Virus record (IMG/VR): IMGVR_UViG_3300050821_004987
Coordinates: 64,577-128,576 of that record
Source: a virus
Taxonomy: Duplodnaviria; Heunggongvirae; Uroviricota; Caudoviricetes
Reading direction: 5' to 3' (one strand)
DNA length: 64,000 bases
In this document: positions 9,701-18,400 of the stretch, piece by piece
Layout: each line of letters starts with the position of its first letter
Position numbering within the stretch: the stretch's first letter is position 1
The notes under the pieces: generated by a model
What the model saw: only the letters and a program-made list of their open reading frames with translations
What the model was told of the DNA's origin: nothing
Database searches by the model: none
Position numbers and translations under genes: made by a program

Positions 9701-12341
9701 ACCCTGGCCAGAGAATCAGTATGCACAGATTACTCTTATAGATTTGGTAGCGAGCACGGATAGTACTTGGAGGCTTTCGGTAAAGTCTCACGTAAGTACG
9801 AATGGGATAGACGGGGATTCCTATTCACTATTGGTAGATGAAGGAAGTAGCGGGGGTATAGGTGCACCGAATACAGCGTCTATCATAAAGACAGTAAATT
9901 CTAGTACCATCTTTTTGACTCCAAGTGTTTCGATTACTCCGGAGGCTGGAGATGTTTTTAGACTAGAATTTGCTAGTGGTGTGCTGACAGCATTTCAGAA
10001 TGACGCACCGATTCCTGGATTGACAGCACAAGACAATTCTATCGTCGGTGGCTTCCCGGGAGTAACGATCAGCTTAGTTTCACAGTTGGGAACAGCATCG
10101 AATGTTGTCTTTGATGATTTTTCTGCTGGTGAAGTGGTCGGACTGAATGACGGTCTTGAGATCGGCTATGGTTTGTTACCTGTCGAGTTACAGATCCAAG
10201 AGATTCAGTTGGCTCAGGATACTTTCAATCGCGCGAACGAGAATCCACTAAACCCAGCAGTTTGGCAAGCAATAACACCGTTAGCTCCTTTACAAATTTC
10301 CAGTAACAGCTGTGAGTCTACAGTAATTAGTGGTTCTGGTTCTGGGGAAGCTTACGTAGGTATTCCATGGACAAAAGATCAAGCGGCTTCTGTCGTCTTG
10401 GCAGCTTCAGCTGTAGGTGGTAACTTCGACATCTTCTTGCGGTCTGGAGTTGATCTGGGAACGAATACGGTCTTCGGTTACGACTTCGGATTTACAGATA
10501 ATGGGGATGGTACGCTAGATGCTTTTCTGGCAATAGCCTCAGTTGGCGGTGGTACACAGACGTTGTGGGAACAAAAGAGTTTGCCGTTTAATGACGGAGA
10601 TGTTTTCTTGGGAGTAGCGATCGGAGAGACGTTAGCGCTTTATCAGAACGGTCAGATGGTCAGCTGGATAAACGATACGACGTATGTTTCCGGTGGAGTC
10701 GAGTTACAGATATTTGCTCCAGCCGCGCTGACAGATATGCAGCTGACGAATTTCGTCGCTTACCTACCGACTTCGGTTTTGTCAGATCAGTTGCTACTCG
10801 GCGTCGGAAGTACCTTTGCAGATTCGCTAGTGATGTCAGATGCTTCTGCTGTCGGCTATGGCGAGCTGGTAGCAGACAGTCTGGTGTTGTCAGACGCCAT
10901 AGCATTCGGTCAGCTGGGATTGCTGCTAGCTTTATCAGATCAGTTGACGCTCTTAGATGCCTTCGGGGGCATACAGTTCCCCATATTCGTAGATCAGATG
11001 GTACAGTCGGATCGGTTGGCTGGAATCGGATACGGAGATAGTCTTGTAGATCAGTTAGTACTATCAGAGCATTTGACGTTGGCTCTGTTCGGTACAACAA
11101 TTTCAATGTTCCCGTCCGATCAGTTAACACAGACGGATAGTCTCCAGATTGGCTATGGGGATTCCGTAACAGATCAGATGGTATTGTCAGAAAGATTTGT
11201 AGCAGGTCTGGTTTTAGCTTTCACAGATCAGATAACAGCTACAGATCAGCTGGCCACGGGACCGGGTATGACAGTAACGGATCAGATGGCCACACAAGCC
11301 GACGCCTTTAAGTTTACAGAAGGAATGGTAGTTCTGATTTCAGAAGCGTCTATGGTTCAGTTGGATTCACTGGCAGCCCTATTCGCGTATGGCTTGCAAG
11401 TGAATGACGTGGTTCTTTTCAGAGAGCAGATGACGTTGCTGTATGGAATGATTTTTGCTGGCGATCAGATGGCGTTGGCTGATAGTTTTGCAACGCCATC
11501 GCTGCAGACTTTGATCGAGTTGGCTTTGGCAGATGCTGAATATGCGAATTGGTTAGACTCAGTCCTAGAGATATTCGTTTATCAGCCGACAGAGATAACG
11601 CTCCATTCGTTGACAGTATTCGCCGAGTTGGTAGCTGGATTGCAAGTCAGTTCCGAAGTATCGGCAGCTTCCATATCGGTAGAATCGCAACTACAGGAAG
11701 TTACACAACCGACAGACGACTGGTTTCCAAGTGAAGAAGGAGCTTTCGTCTACGACGCTTCGACAGGAAACACCTACGGAAAGATACTTCCAACGCCGGG
11801 ATTTCAGGGAGAGGTAGCTTCCTTGTTCGCCGGAGTAACTTATAATGCTGATCACTATGTAGAATGTACGATAGCCGATTGGAATCCAGGACTTAGCTTT
11901 TCGACGCCTATGATTGGCCCAGCAGCTAGAATGTCCTTCGATGAGAATGGGTTGATAAGCTGCTATGTGATGGAAGTCAGATACGACGGGGTGTACCAGT
12001 TAGTATGGCAGACGGGAGTAAAGCCGGGAGAGATCTTCGGACCTAATACACAAAGAGGACTACTAGTACCACCCAGTGTCGGACCGGGAGTGGCCGCTGG
12101 AAATGTATTACGGATTGAAGTGAGAGGAAATCAGGTAACCGGTTTGGTCAATGGACAGATTCTTTTTGGGCCGGTAACTGACACAAGACTTTCGCAAGGT
12201 AATCCGGGTATGGAAGCCTATCCGGAAGATGTCGCGATTGCAGGAGCAATTCAGGTTTCAAACTTTGTGACTGGTACACTACCGAACGGTCAGCCACAGG
12301 CAGTCAGTTTTGCTGGTATCGGGGATCTGGTAAAGGTTTGA
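6711..12341 (+). CDS. Giant (1876 aa) repeat-built fibre-like protein
   Basis: More than 40 tandem copies of a roughly 13-aa unit '[LM][ST]D-x-[LF]-x2-GYG[DE]-x-[IVL]-x-[DE]-x-LT'. Three copies of a 'SPTIT[GT]E[YW]D[ILV]V[IL]GCPHLNNWQD' module. Duplicated 'FNRxNENP[IL]N' module. C-terminal jelly-roll-like region. Confidence 0.5.
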   Translation: MAYVFNQEWAEPLTQQEAVVVGIGLLLTDNLSWKDGVSFLKDATHNLNSGLTSQALISEALPMAQGDQLVMLLAVQLVLADNVAVTAPGPSGWLDEFSWMAPGNNTTGPAHHYNSFGNVAERLQQFIDAPKIVLIGNLFLTFAESLNFWLDQQTPPIVAEWDIIIGCPHLNNWLDQQVDFAVTPDQFHLSDILTLSDGFSSLLSLPLTETLSDTLTLSDALAVGYGDAVTDTMTMSDQSPTITGEYDLVLGCPHLNNWQDAVTEQLLSAGGLTENLSDTLTMSDALGLGYGEGMVEQLTLSDQSRVGYGFQIADTLTMSDADVAVLGIVKLFADTLTLSDALIIGYGGGIFETLTISDANSLGYGFQITDTLTLTDGFIIEEFGGSFIYELAVGPIVVATGTAGNESMTLTDALASQLGLVAAFSDTLSLSDALGIGYGEGLVEQLTLSDTSGVGYGFQITDILTLSDKLAIGYGDLLTDTLTMSDAVNEFLNQPNLTETFSDTLTLSDSLILGYGDQITDSLTLSDQLGVGYGDAVNDTLTLTDAYLPAFGLTENLSGTLAMSDALGVGYGEGIVEQLTFSDQSLVGYGFQITDTLTLSDALIVGYGNLVNDALTLSDAFSIQPGLIELLSDTMTQSDSDQLGYGLSIPEQLVQTDALLLGYGDLIAEPLTLSDALLIGYGDLTTDQLVLTDAFAEAAGGSIISEALSDQLTLSDGLAIGYGDRVTDQLVMSDQSPTITTEWDIVIGCPHLNNWQDAAKVLKGLLENLSDTMTMSDAFKMGQQVGNITDVMTLSDGLMIGYGDALTDALALSDSFGFSANVIGQQLSDILTLLDAVAIFVTVPVFADDMIMSDAFAYTLANATILSKTFADTLTLSDKLRIGYGLAVSPDQLAQTDAVAEFLSTSNLPEVLVDTLTMLDQLDHIGYGFQISEFIRGRIQLALDGFNRPNENPINTNWKPTLHQHTLMGQVINDQLIGQNGTGSLDFVVDMIYNGGIPWPENQYAQITLIDLVASTDSTWRLSVKSHVSTNGIDGDSYSLLVDEGSSGGIGAPNTASIIKTVNSSTIFLTPSVSITPEAGDVFRLEFASGVLTAFQNDAPIPGLTAQDNSIVGGFPGVTISLVSQLGTASNVVFDDFSAGEVVGLNDGLEIGYGLLPVELQIQEIQLAQDTFNRANENPLNPAVWQAITPLAPLQISSNSCESTVISGSGSGEAYVGIPWTKDQAASVVLAASAVGGNFDIFLRSGVDLGTNTVFGYDFGFTDNGDGTLDAFLAIASVGGGTQTLWEQKSLPFNDGDVFLGVAIGETLALYQNGQMVSWINDTTYVSGGVELQIFAPAALTDMQLTNFVAYLPTSVLSDQLLLGVGSTFADSLVMSDASAVGYGELVADSLVLSDAIAFGQLGLLLALSDQLTLLDAFGGIQFPIFVDQMVQSDRLAGIGYGDSLVDQLVLSEHLTLALFGTTISMFPSDQLTQTDSLQIGYGDSVTDQMVLSERFVAGLVLAFTDQITATDQLATGPGMTVTDQMATQADAFKFTEGMVVLISEASMVQLDSLAALFAYGLQVNDVVLFREQMTLLYGMIFAGDQMALADSFATPSLQTLIELALADAEYANWLDSVLEIFVYQPTEITLHSLTVFAELVAGLQVSSEVSAASISVESQLQEVTQPTDDWFPSEEGAFVYDASTGNTYGKILPTPGFQGEVASLFAGVTYNADHYVECTIADWNPGLSFSTPMIGPAARMSFDENGLISCYVMEVRYDGVYQLVWQTGVKPGEIFGPNTQRGLLVPPSVGPGVAAGNVLRIEVRGNQVTGLVNGQILFGPVTDTRLSQGNPGMEAYPEDVAIAGAIQVSNFVTGTLPNGQPQAVSFAGIGDLVKV
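7290..9540 (+). repeat. In-frame coding tandem repeat array (about 39-nt period) inside the giant protein gene
   Basis: The 'LTLSDALxIGYGD' peptide unit recurs in the translation. The nucleotide repeats are imperfect. Confidence 0.5.
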
Positions 12342-12354
12342 GCAGGGGGAAGCA

Positions 12355-12681
12355 ATGTTGCCGCCGGTAATTTATTTGTATCCTTTGAACACGCAAGTCG
12401 TACAGATCACGGAACTGCAAGATCAGGTAACGGGGCAGTTCCTTGTAAACGCCAGTGTGGTGGCGACATTGTTCGATAGGAGAGGAAATCCAGATCCGGT
12501 TTTCAATGGTATAGCTATGAGTTATGTAGTTGGAACAGATGCAACATACGAAGGGATAGTTCCAGCAGCATTCAATCCAAAGATCGGTGGTGGCTATACG
12601 CTGGTGTTGACAGCAGATCAGGCCGGGGTGCAAGCACAATGGACGATACCGGTTATCGTTCAGACGAGAGCGAATCAATGA
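12355..12681 (+). CDS. Hypothetical protein
   Basis: 108-aa ORF immediately after the giant gene. Ends in an ATGA overlap with the next gene. Confidence 0.35.
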   Translation: MLPPVIYLYPLNTQVVQITELQDQVTGQFLVNASVVATLFDRRGNPDPVFNGIAMSYVVGTDATYEGIVPAAFNPKIGGGYTLVLTADQAGVQAQWTIPVIVQTRANQ

Positions 12682-13400
12682 ACGTTGTAGATTGCATGGA
12701 TTTATATTTCGGTGGTCCCGGTTCTGGTTGTCGTGGGAATAACTGTGGACGTCCGATCGGAGCCAAGCAGTTTCAACAGATGCGACAGAAGTTGAAGAGG
12801 ACGGGAATCACGATTCCAAGAAATGCCTCGCCATGGGATGTCGTCAGAACGCACGACGCCTGGTTCCGAGGACAGAAGGAAAGAGACAGACAAGCCAAAC
12901 TAGCAAAGAAGCTGAACGAGAGGGCAAGAGGTAGGTTAAAGAAAGCGATCGCCAAAGGAAAGATGCCCAAGATCGGCAAGGGTGTTCAGAACATAAACGT
13001 TCAGCCGGTTTGGAAAGGAAGAGTCAAGCAGCAATTCACGACACCGCAAGGGCATCAGGTCACGACGCTCAAGACGCCGGGTCAGTATCAGAAGCGTGGA
13101 GATACTTGGGTCAACAAGCCCAGTGCTTACAAAGGGCAGTTTTTGGTGGACTTAGCGGAGCATAGAACTTATAATGATCCCAAGGAACGTAACTCTTTCT
13201 TCATTCATCAAGCTGCACCAGACAAAGGAGTATCAGTAGAGGTCCACAGAAATCTTGGCAGTCTGTCAGTCAACGTGATCGAACGGAAGCTAGGTGAGTA
13301 CGGAGCTATAGTCGATCATCGGGAAGTTAGTTTCAAAAACGTTGGGAGAGCTATGGGTTTTCTCAACAGAAGGTATGGGCTGACGTTTAAGATCAAATGA
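12678..13400 (+). CDS. Basic hypothetical protein with an N-terminal 'MNVV...FGGPGSGC-x5-CGR' motif shared with ORF 34075
   Basis: ATGA-coupled start. N-terminal 26 aa parallel 'MNLAVTISLLAGGPGSGCNPAVGKCGRS' of ORF 34075. Lys/Arg-rich remainder. Confidence 0.4.
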   Translation: MNVVDCMDLYFGGPGSGCRGNNCGRPIGAKQFQQMRQKLKRTGITIPRNASPWDVVRTHDAWFRGQKERDRQAKLAKKLNERARGRLKKAIAKGKMPKIGKGVQNINVQPVWKGRVKQQFTTPQGHQVTTLKTPGQYQKRGDTWVNKPSAYKGQFLVDLAEHRTYNDPKERNSFFIHQAAPDKGVSVEVHRNLGSLSVNVIERKLGEYGAIVDHREVSFKNVGRAMGFLNRRYGLTFKIK

Positions 13401-13573
13401 GCATAACAGAAGCAAGGAAGCAGTTGACAAAGAGTGAGATGGACAAGCTGACAGAGAAGGCTTTGGAGCGTGGTCCTTTCGTTGTCGAGAATGTAAGAAG
13501 GATCGGCAATCATGTCGAAGTGGAAGTTCGTTATCCAAGATCGGGAACGAGAACGACGCTCATTTCGTTGTAA
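13397..13573 (+). CDS. Small protein, weak Phd/YefM-antitoxin-like resemblance
   Basis: 58-aa ORF, ATGA-coupled. '...LERGPFVVENVRRIGNHVEVEV' resembles the Phd/YefM fold. No toxin partner seen. Confidence 0.2.
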   Translation: MSITEARKQLTKSEMDKLTEKALERGPFVVENVRRIGNHVEVEVRYPRSGTRTTLISL

Positions 13574-13583
13574 GGAGAATAGT

Positions 13584-13703
13584 ATGACGGTCTGGGTAGA
13601 TAAGAATTACCGGTCCTTGATGTTGTATGCGATGGCAGCCAAGTTACTGCTGCTTTCCATTTTGGTGGTCGTTGAGATCGTAGTCGCTTTTAGGGGGCAC
13701 TAA
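13584..13703 (+). CDS. 39-aa single-TM peptide (holin-like candidate)
   Basis: RBS AAGGAGAATAGT before the ATG. 'LMLYAMAAKLLLLSILVVVEIVVAF' transmembrane segment. Stop abuts the start of the M15 peptidase. Confidence 0.25.
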   Translation: MTVWVDKNYRSLMLYAMAAKLLLLSILVVVEIVVAFRGH

Positions 13704-14225
13704 ATGTTCGGACCAGTCAGTATGGGAAGATTGAATCTGGTACAGCCGACATTGAAAGAAATCATGATCGTGCTAGAAAGCCAGATGTCTGAGTCGATCG
13801 GTATCACACAAGGCGTCAGAACCGATCCAGAGCAGGCAGCATTATGGGCTCAAGGACGGATACCAGTCGATCAGGTGAACGCCTTGAGGAAGGCCTTGGG
13901 TTGGGCGCCGATAGATGTTTCGGATAACGTGATAGTGACAAAAGCAAAACCGGGATACAGCTGGCATAGTTTCGGCATGGCTGTTGACGTCGTACCGTTC
14001 GATTCTCAGCAACATCCAGACTGGAACGAAAACCATCCAGTCTGGCAAGAGATCGTAACAAAAGGAGAAGCACTGGGATTGGTTTCCGGGATTAGCTTTG
14101 AGGACACCCCTCATTTTCAGCTTACGGGAAGATTTCCAGTAACGCCAGATGACGAAGTAAGAGCATTAGCACAGACGGGTGGGATGCAGGCAGTATGGCA
14201 GGCGGCGAACATTCAAGCGAGGTAA
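13704..14225 (+). CDS. Peptidase M15 family cell-wall hydrolase (endolysin candidate)
   Basis: 'GITQGVRTDPEQAALWAQG' and 'SWHSFGMAVDVVPFD' match VanY/M15 zinc D-Ala-D-Ala carboxypeptidase-type signatures. Confidence 0.65.
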   Translation: MFGPVSMGRLNLVQPTLKEIMIVLESQMSESIGITQGVRTDPEQAALWAQGRIPVDQVNALRKALGWAPIDVSDNVIVTKAKPGYSWHSFGMAVDVVPFDSQQHPDWNENHPVWQEIVTKGEALGLVSGISFEDTPHFQLTGRFPVTPDDEVRALAQTGGMQAVWQAANIQAR

Positions 14226-15061
14226 TGACGATGCGAATAGCAGAAGCTCAAGTCTGGACTCGTCTCCGAGACGCGGGATTGCAACAGCAGAGAATCTCGA
14301 AAGAGAAGAAGCTGGCGATCGAACTGGCCCGGGATATCTTTGCTGAGGCAGAAGCGAGGGAAGAGCCATTTCTCTATCACACGCCAGAGACGTGGGCAAG
14401 GAAGTGGCTGCCTTCGAAGAGATTCCAGCTTGTTAGGATGCCTCTGAACGCTGCTGCCAATCCCTGTGAGCCGAAGGGAGATAATCTTGTTCTGAAAAAG
14501 ATTCACGCGATGGAGTCGAAGCCGATCGTAGTGGATTACAACAAACAACAGATCGGTAAATCGTTGCACGGTTTCGTGCCCCAGATTGTGGTCATCGATG
14601 GCAAGCACAGATTCAAGGCGGCAGCTCTCAGGGGTGAGACACATATCATGGCCTGGGTCGGCGAGGTTGCTCTGGAGCAGATGCAGGCAATGGGTTCGGG
14701 CGGGGGTGGTCCTGCTCCAGAGAGAACGACACCAGCTCCGGGAGCTGCATTGAACGCGCTCGGTCAGGTGAAGATCAAGAACAATCCGGGAATGGAAGCC
14801 GATGGGAAGAAATTGACGACGTTGAATGTGAAAAAGAAATTGACAGCGGGGGGTCCGGGATCAGGACGACGACCAGGTGGTGGTTTTACAGGTTATCACG
14901 TTGGGACGTTTGGAGAGAATCGTTCCTATCATTTGTTCCAAGGAGCTGGAAGGAATGGGGGACAATGGCAAGCAAAAGAAGCCGATTCATCCAGACCAGA
15001 GTATAAGAATTTTGACAGTCGGGCAGAAGCGGAAGACCACATTAAGAATAGCCAAGATTAA
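14225..15061 (+). CDS. ParB/Srx-like nuclease domain protein
   Basis: 'IVVIDGKHRFKAAALRGETHIMAWV' matches the ParB N-terminal (DGxHR) fold. C-terminal 'TAGGPGSGRRPGGG' Gly-rich tail. Confidence 0.5.
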   Translation: MTMRIAEAQVWTRLRDAGLQQQRISKEKKLAIELARDIFAEAEAREEPFLYHTPETWARKWLPSKRFQLVRMPLNAAANPCEPKGDNLVLKKIHAMESKPIVVDYNKQQIGKSLHGFVPQIVVIDGKHRFKAAALRGETHIMAWVGEVALEQMQAMGSGGGGPAPERTTPAPGAALNALGQVKIKNNPGMEADGKKLTTLNVKKKLTAGGPGSGRRPGGGFTGYHVGTFGENRSYHLFQGAGRNGGQWQAKEADSSRPEYKNFDSRAEAEDHIKNSQD

Positions 15062-15090
15062 GGTAAGGGAAAGGATCAGAGGAGAAATAA

Positions 15091-15858
15091 ATGCATACAG
15101 TGATCAGAGATCTATTCGCTGCAGCAAATCTGGCAATGACGAGTCCGAATCAACAGAACGATCAATCGGACTTGGACGGGCCACAGAAACCAAACTTGCC
15201 CGGGAAGCCACAGTCCGGGTTACAAGATACACAACCGCAGATGCCATCAGAAGTCCAGGCAGCGCCTTACATCGGGATGCTCACGAAGTTGGGCTACGAG
15301 TATCAGGGCTCTGACGAAGACTTGGGTGGTTCACAAATTGGAAGCACTTTCATGGGACAAGACGGCGACTCTATCTTGATCAAGCCGGATGGCAGCTGGA
15401 TCAGAAATGGTCCCGGTGCCCAGCGGTCACAAGGTAAGAGCGCAATGGACTTGGGTACCAGCCTTGTCAAAGACTCGCTGGCTCAGGGAGACGACTCGAA
15501 CCATCATGCCGCTTTGCGTAAGGCCGGCTACAACATGATCCACAAGGACGCCCAAGGCAATAAGTATTATAAGCATCCTCAGACGGGTAAGACGGTTACG
15601 GTCCAGAAGAATGGCCAATGGGGTAGTTCAGTGGGTACGGGCAAAGGCGCCAAGAAGCTGGGTGAGTTCTTGGGTAATGAGCAGATGGAAGATCAAGACC
15701 CGATGGTGCAACAGAACAAGTTGAAACAGCAACAGATGAAACAACAATCTCAGCAGCTCAAACAAGGTGCCGGTCCGGGTGGTCGTATGACGAATGGAAC
15801 TCGTGGCAGTAACGGGACGAGAGCCGGAGCCAGGATGGGTGGGCGAGGAGGTTTCTGA
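15091..15858 (+). CDS. Hypothetical Gln/Gly-rich protein
   Basis: 255-aa ORF with RBS GAGGAGA. Low-complexity Q-rich C-terminus. Confidence 0.4.
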   Translation: MHTVIRDLFAAANLAMTSPNQQNDQSDLDGPQKPNLPGKPQSGLQDTQPQMPSEVQAAPYIGMLTKLGYEYQGSDEDLGGSQIGSTFMGQDGDSILIKPDGSWIRNGPGAQRSQGKSAMDLGTSLVKDSLAQGDDSNHHAALRKAGYNMIHKDAQGNKYYKHPQTGKTVTVQKNGQWGSSVGTGKGAKKLGEFLGNEQMEDQDPMVQQNKLKQQQMKQQSQQLKQGAGPGGRMTNGTRGSNGTRAGARMGGRGGF

Positions 15859-16439
15859 TGCTGACCATTCTCGATCATTGTGCCAGTCAGGCGGTGGCGA
15901 TGGACGCGGGACGGCTAAAGAGTCTGTTAGCCGTCGCCGAGATTCACGCTGCGGTGAAGGAGAATTTCAAGGACGCTGATGGTGGTGGCCATATTTGTAA
16001 GCTCTGTGGGGAGCGAGTTCCTCATCCGAGAGCAGCAGCTGCTCATTTGGCCGTGCATCATCGGAAGGCTTTGGAGAGTGCCGGGACTTCTGAAGGTGCT
16101 ATGAAGGGATGGGACGTTCGCGGACGAAAGACTCACGAAATTTTAATCTCAAGTGGTTTTAATCATCGTGGAACAGATAATGGTATGCACAGGTATACAG
16201 GTAAGACAGACGAGGAGGACAAAGAAGGTGCGAAGGGTCGTGTAATAAATCATACTATGTGGGTGGACAAAAAGACTGGAGCATGGGCTCACGAATCTGG
16301 AGCTCATGGACTCGGTATGGCTAGAGGACGTGGGAACGGTCCTGATTACAAGTCATTAGATAAGTACATCGGATCTAACAAGTTTCATGATACGCATGCT
16401 CTTTCAAGAAATGGACCAGTTTGGAATCGGATTCAGTAG
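15858..16439 (+). CDS. Hypothetical protein with C2H2-like zinc finger
   Basis: ATGA-coupled. 'HICKLCGERVPHPRAAAAHLAVHH' has C-x2-C...H-x4-HH spacing. Confidence 0.4.
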   Translation: MLTILDHCASQAVAMDAGRLKSLLAVAEIHAAVKENFKDADGGGHICKLCGERVPHPRAAAAHLAVHHRKALESAGTSEGAMKGWDVRGRKTHEILISSGFNHRGTDNGMHRYTGKTDEEDKEGAKGRVINHTMWVDKKTGAWAHESGAHGLGMARGRGNGPDYKSLDKYIGSNKFHDTHALSRNGPVWNRIQ

Positions 16440-16481
16440 GTCCTAACTTCTAGTAATACGAATACACAAAGGAGAATCAAA

Positions 16482-16661
16482 TGAGTGACAAAGTGAAAGA
16501 CATACAAGCAGATCGACAGGCGCCGAAAGACGTACCGACGCCATTGAAGAAGCAAGAACCGACAGCATCTCAGTGGCAGCAGGGTGGAGACAAAACACCT
16601 GAAGCAGCCATCGCACGGGATAAGTCGTCAGTTCGGGCTCCAGTTCAGTGTGACAAGTAGT
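16482..16661 (+). CDS. Small hypothetical protein (59 aa)
   Basis: Missed by the 60-aa ORF track. RBS AAGGAGAATCAA before the ATG. Confidence 0.3.
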
Positions 16662-16706
16662 GAATAAAACAGCTACAGAGGGGCTACAAACGGACATAAT
16701 CTGGCC

Positions 16707-17144
16707 ATGACACAAAGTACCACAACCGTATTAGAACAGACTGCAAAAGGGCCCATACAGATTGTTTGGAACGGTGTTTTTGCGTCCGTTCAATTCAATA
16801 CGGATTGTCTGGATGCGTTACATTTGTGTCATGGCATGTGCTGTCGAAGTCGATCCGGATATTCAGTAGAGTTGGAGCCAGACGAAGTGGATTTGTATTG
16901 GCATAGACAACATCCGACGAGTAAGGTTCCGATTTTACAGACGAAGGAAGATGGGTCTTGTGTATATCTCACGGAAGAAGGAAGGTGTGGGACGTATAAG
17001 ACTAGACCAAAGATGTGCCGTCAATGGCATTGTTCCCCACACGGTCAGATGGGTGACGCCGAAATAGAACGACGTGACGCAGGGTGGATGCTACTACCCG
17101 TTCGGAAAGAGGAAGCAGATTTTGTATCATTAAGGAGAGAGTGA
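16707..17144 (+). CDS. YkgJ-family Cys-cluster (putative Fe-S/Zn) protein
   Basis: 'CHGMCCRSRSGY ... GSCVYLTEEGRCGTYKTRPKMCRQWHC' matches the CxxCxxCC...GxCxxY..RPxxCRxF pattern of PF03692. Confidence 0.5.
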   Translation: MTQSTTTVLEQTAKGPIQIVWNGVFASVQFNTDCLDALHLCHGMCCRSRSGYSVELEPDEVDLYWHRQHPTSKVPILQTKEDGSCVYLTEEGRCGTYKTRPKMCRQWHCSPHGQMGDAEIERRDAGWMLLPVRKEEADFVSLRRE

Positions 17145-17608
17145 TGGATGGTATCAGTCTTCTTGGTTCTCAGATCACGATCGGAGCCGTCACTTCCTAT
17201 TTCTTGCAGGTATTGAAGAACGCGAAGTGGTTTCCAGTGATGAAGCAAGACGGTACGAGAGTGGTGAATATTCTAGTATCGTTGGTAGCATCGGCAGCTG
17301 CGATCACGGGAATCTCGTACAAGTACAGTTCAACGGACCACACGCTTTTGTTGACGAACGTTTCTTGGATGATGGTCTTGACAGCAGCATACCATTGGCT
17401 GTCGCAGTATGTAATCCAGCACGGTTGGTACAAGCTAGCTTTCAGTGGAGCACCATCGCAAGTAGTACCGGGAACACCAGCTCCGGTTGGGACGACAGGA
17501 TCATTTGGTCCGACTGCCTTAGACTTACAGAAGCAGCAGAAGATTGATGAGGCAAAAAAGAAGTTGGAAGAGGCTCAGAAAGAGTTGGAAGACTTGCAAA
17601 AGAAGTAG
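17144..17608 (+). CDS. Membrane protein with C-terminal coiled coil
   Basis: TGATG overlap start. Three or more predicted TM segments. 'KIDEAKKKLEEAQKELEDLQKK' C-terminus. Confidence 0.45.
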   Translation: MDGISLLGSQITIGAVTSYFLQVLKNAKWFPVMKQDGTRVVNILVSLVASAAAITGISYKYSSTDHTLLLTNVSWMMVLTAAYHWLSQYVIQHGWYKLAFSGAPSQVVPGTPAPVGTTGSFGPTALDLQKQQKIDEAKKKLEEAQKELEDLQKK

Positions 17609-17622
17609 AGAGGAGAAAAAGA

Positions 17623-18396
17623 ATGAAGGGAGTGGTATTGTGTGGTGGGCTTGGAACGAGACTTCGGCCACTGACGGCAGTGGTCAACAAGCATATTTTG
17701 CCTGTGTATAACAAGCCGATGTGTTTCTATCCTTTGGAGATGCTGGCAGAGGCTGGGATAGAAGACGTTATGATCGTCGTCGGTGGGCAGTCGACGGAAG
17801 CGATCATGAAGCTGATTAAGGATGGACGACAGTGGGGTTTCAGATCTTTGTATTATGTCTATCAGGAAGGAGAAGGAGGGATAGCAGCCGCGTTAGCACT
17901 GACAGAGCAGTTCGTAAAGAAGGATACCTGCTGTGTAGTGCTTGGCGATAACATTATGTTGGGTGACTCGCTGAAACCATACACCAAAGATTATCTTCTC
18001 AGTCTGAAAGGAGCCATGGTTCTAGCAGCACAAGTTCCAGATCCACAGAACTATGGAGTACCGACGATCGAGTCCAGAAGTCAGAGTAGTCGGATTCTTT
18101 TCATCACAGAGAAGCCTGAGCACCCGGTTATTAGTCTTGGGATCATCGGAGTCTACTTTTACGACGATACAGTGTTCAGTCGCATCAAGACATGTTCGCC
18201 GTCGAAGCGTGGCGAGCTAGAGATCACAGATGTAAATAATTCCTATGCCTCAGATGGAGATTTGGCTTGGAGGAAGGTGAAAGGCACTTGGATCGATGCC
18301 GGTTCCAGCATCGAAGCCTGGATAGCAGCAGGAAAGATAGTTGAAGAGTATCAGAAGACGCACGAAGAATTCCCAGAATTGCTTAGAAAAGGATGA
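17623..18396 (+). CDS. rfbA: Glucose-1-phosphate thymidylyltransferase-like nucleotidyltransferase
   Basis: 'VVLCGGLGTRLRPLT...KHILPVYNKPMCFYPLEMLAEAGIEDVMIVV...QWGFRSLYYVYQEGEGGIAAA...VLGDNIM' aligns along its length with RmlA/RfbA. Confidence 0.85.
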   Translation: MKGVVLCGGLGTRLRPLTAVVNKHILPVYNKPMCFYPLEMLAEAGIEDVMIVVGGQSTEAIMKLIKDGRQWGFRSLYYVYQEGEGGIAAALALTEQFVKKDTCCVVLGDNIMLGDSLKPYTKDYLLSLKGAMVLAAQVPDPQNYGVPTIESRSQSSRILFITEKPEHPVISLGIIGVYFYDDTVFSRIKTCSPSKRGELEITDVNNSYASDGDLAWRKVKGTWIDAGSSIEAWIAAGKIVEEYQKTHEEFPELLRKG

Positions 18397-18400
18397 GGAC

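Noticed and set aside
13397-13573. Complete Phd/YefM-type toxin-antitoxin pair
   Set aside because: Only a weak antitoxin-like ORF is present. The next ORF is a 39-aa TM peptide, not a Doc, RelE or YoeB-like toxin.
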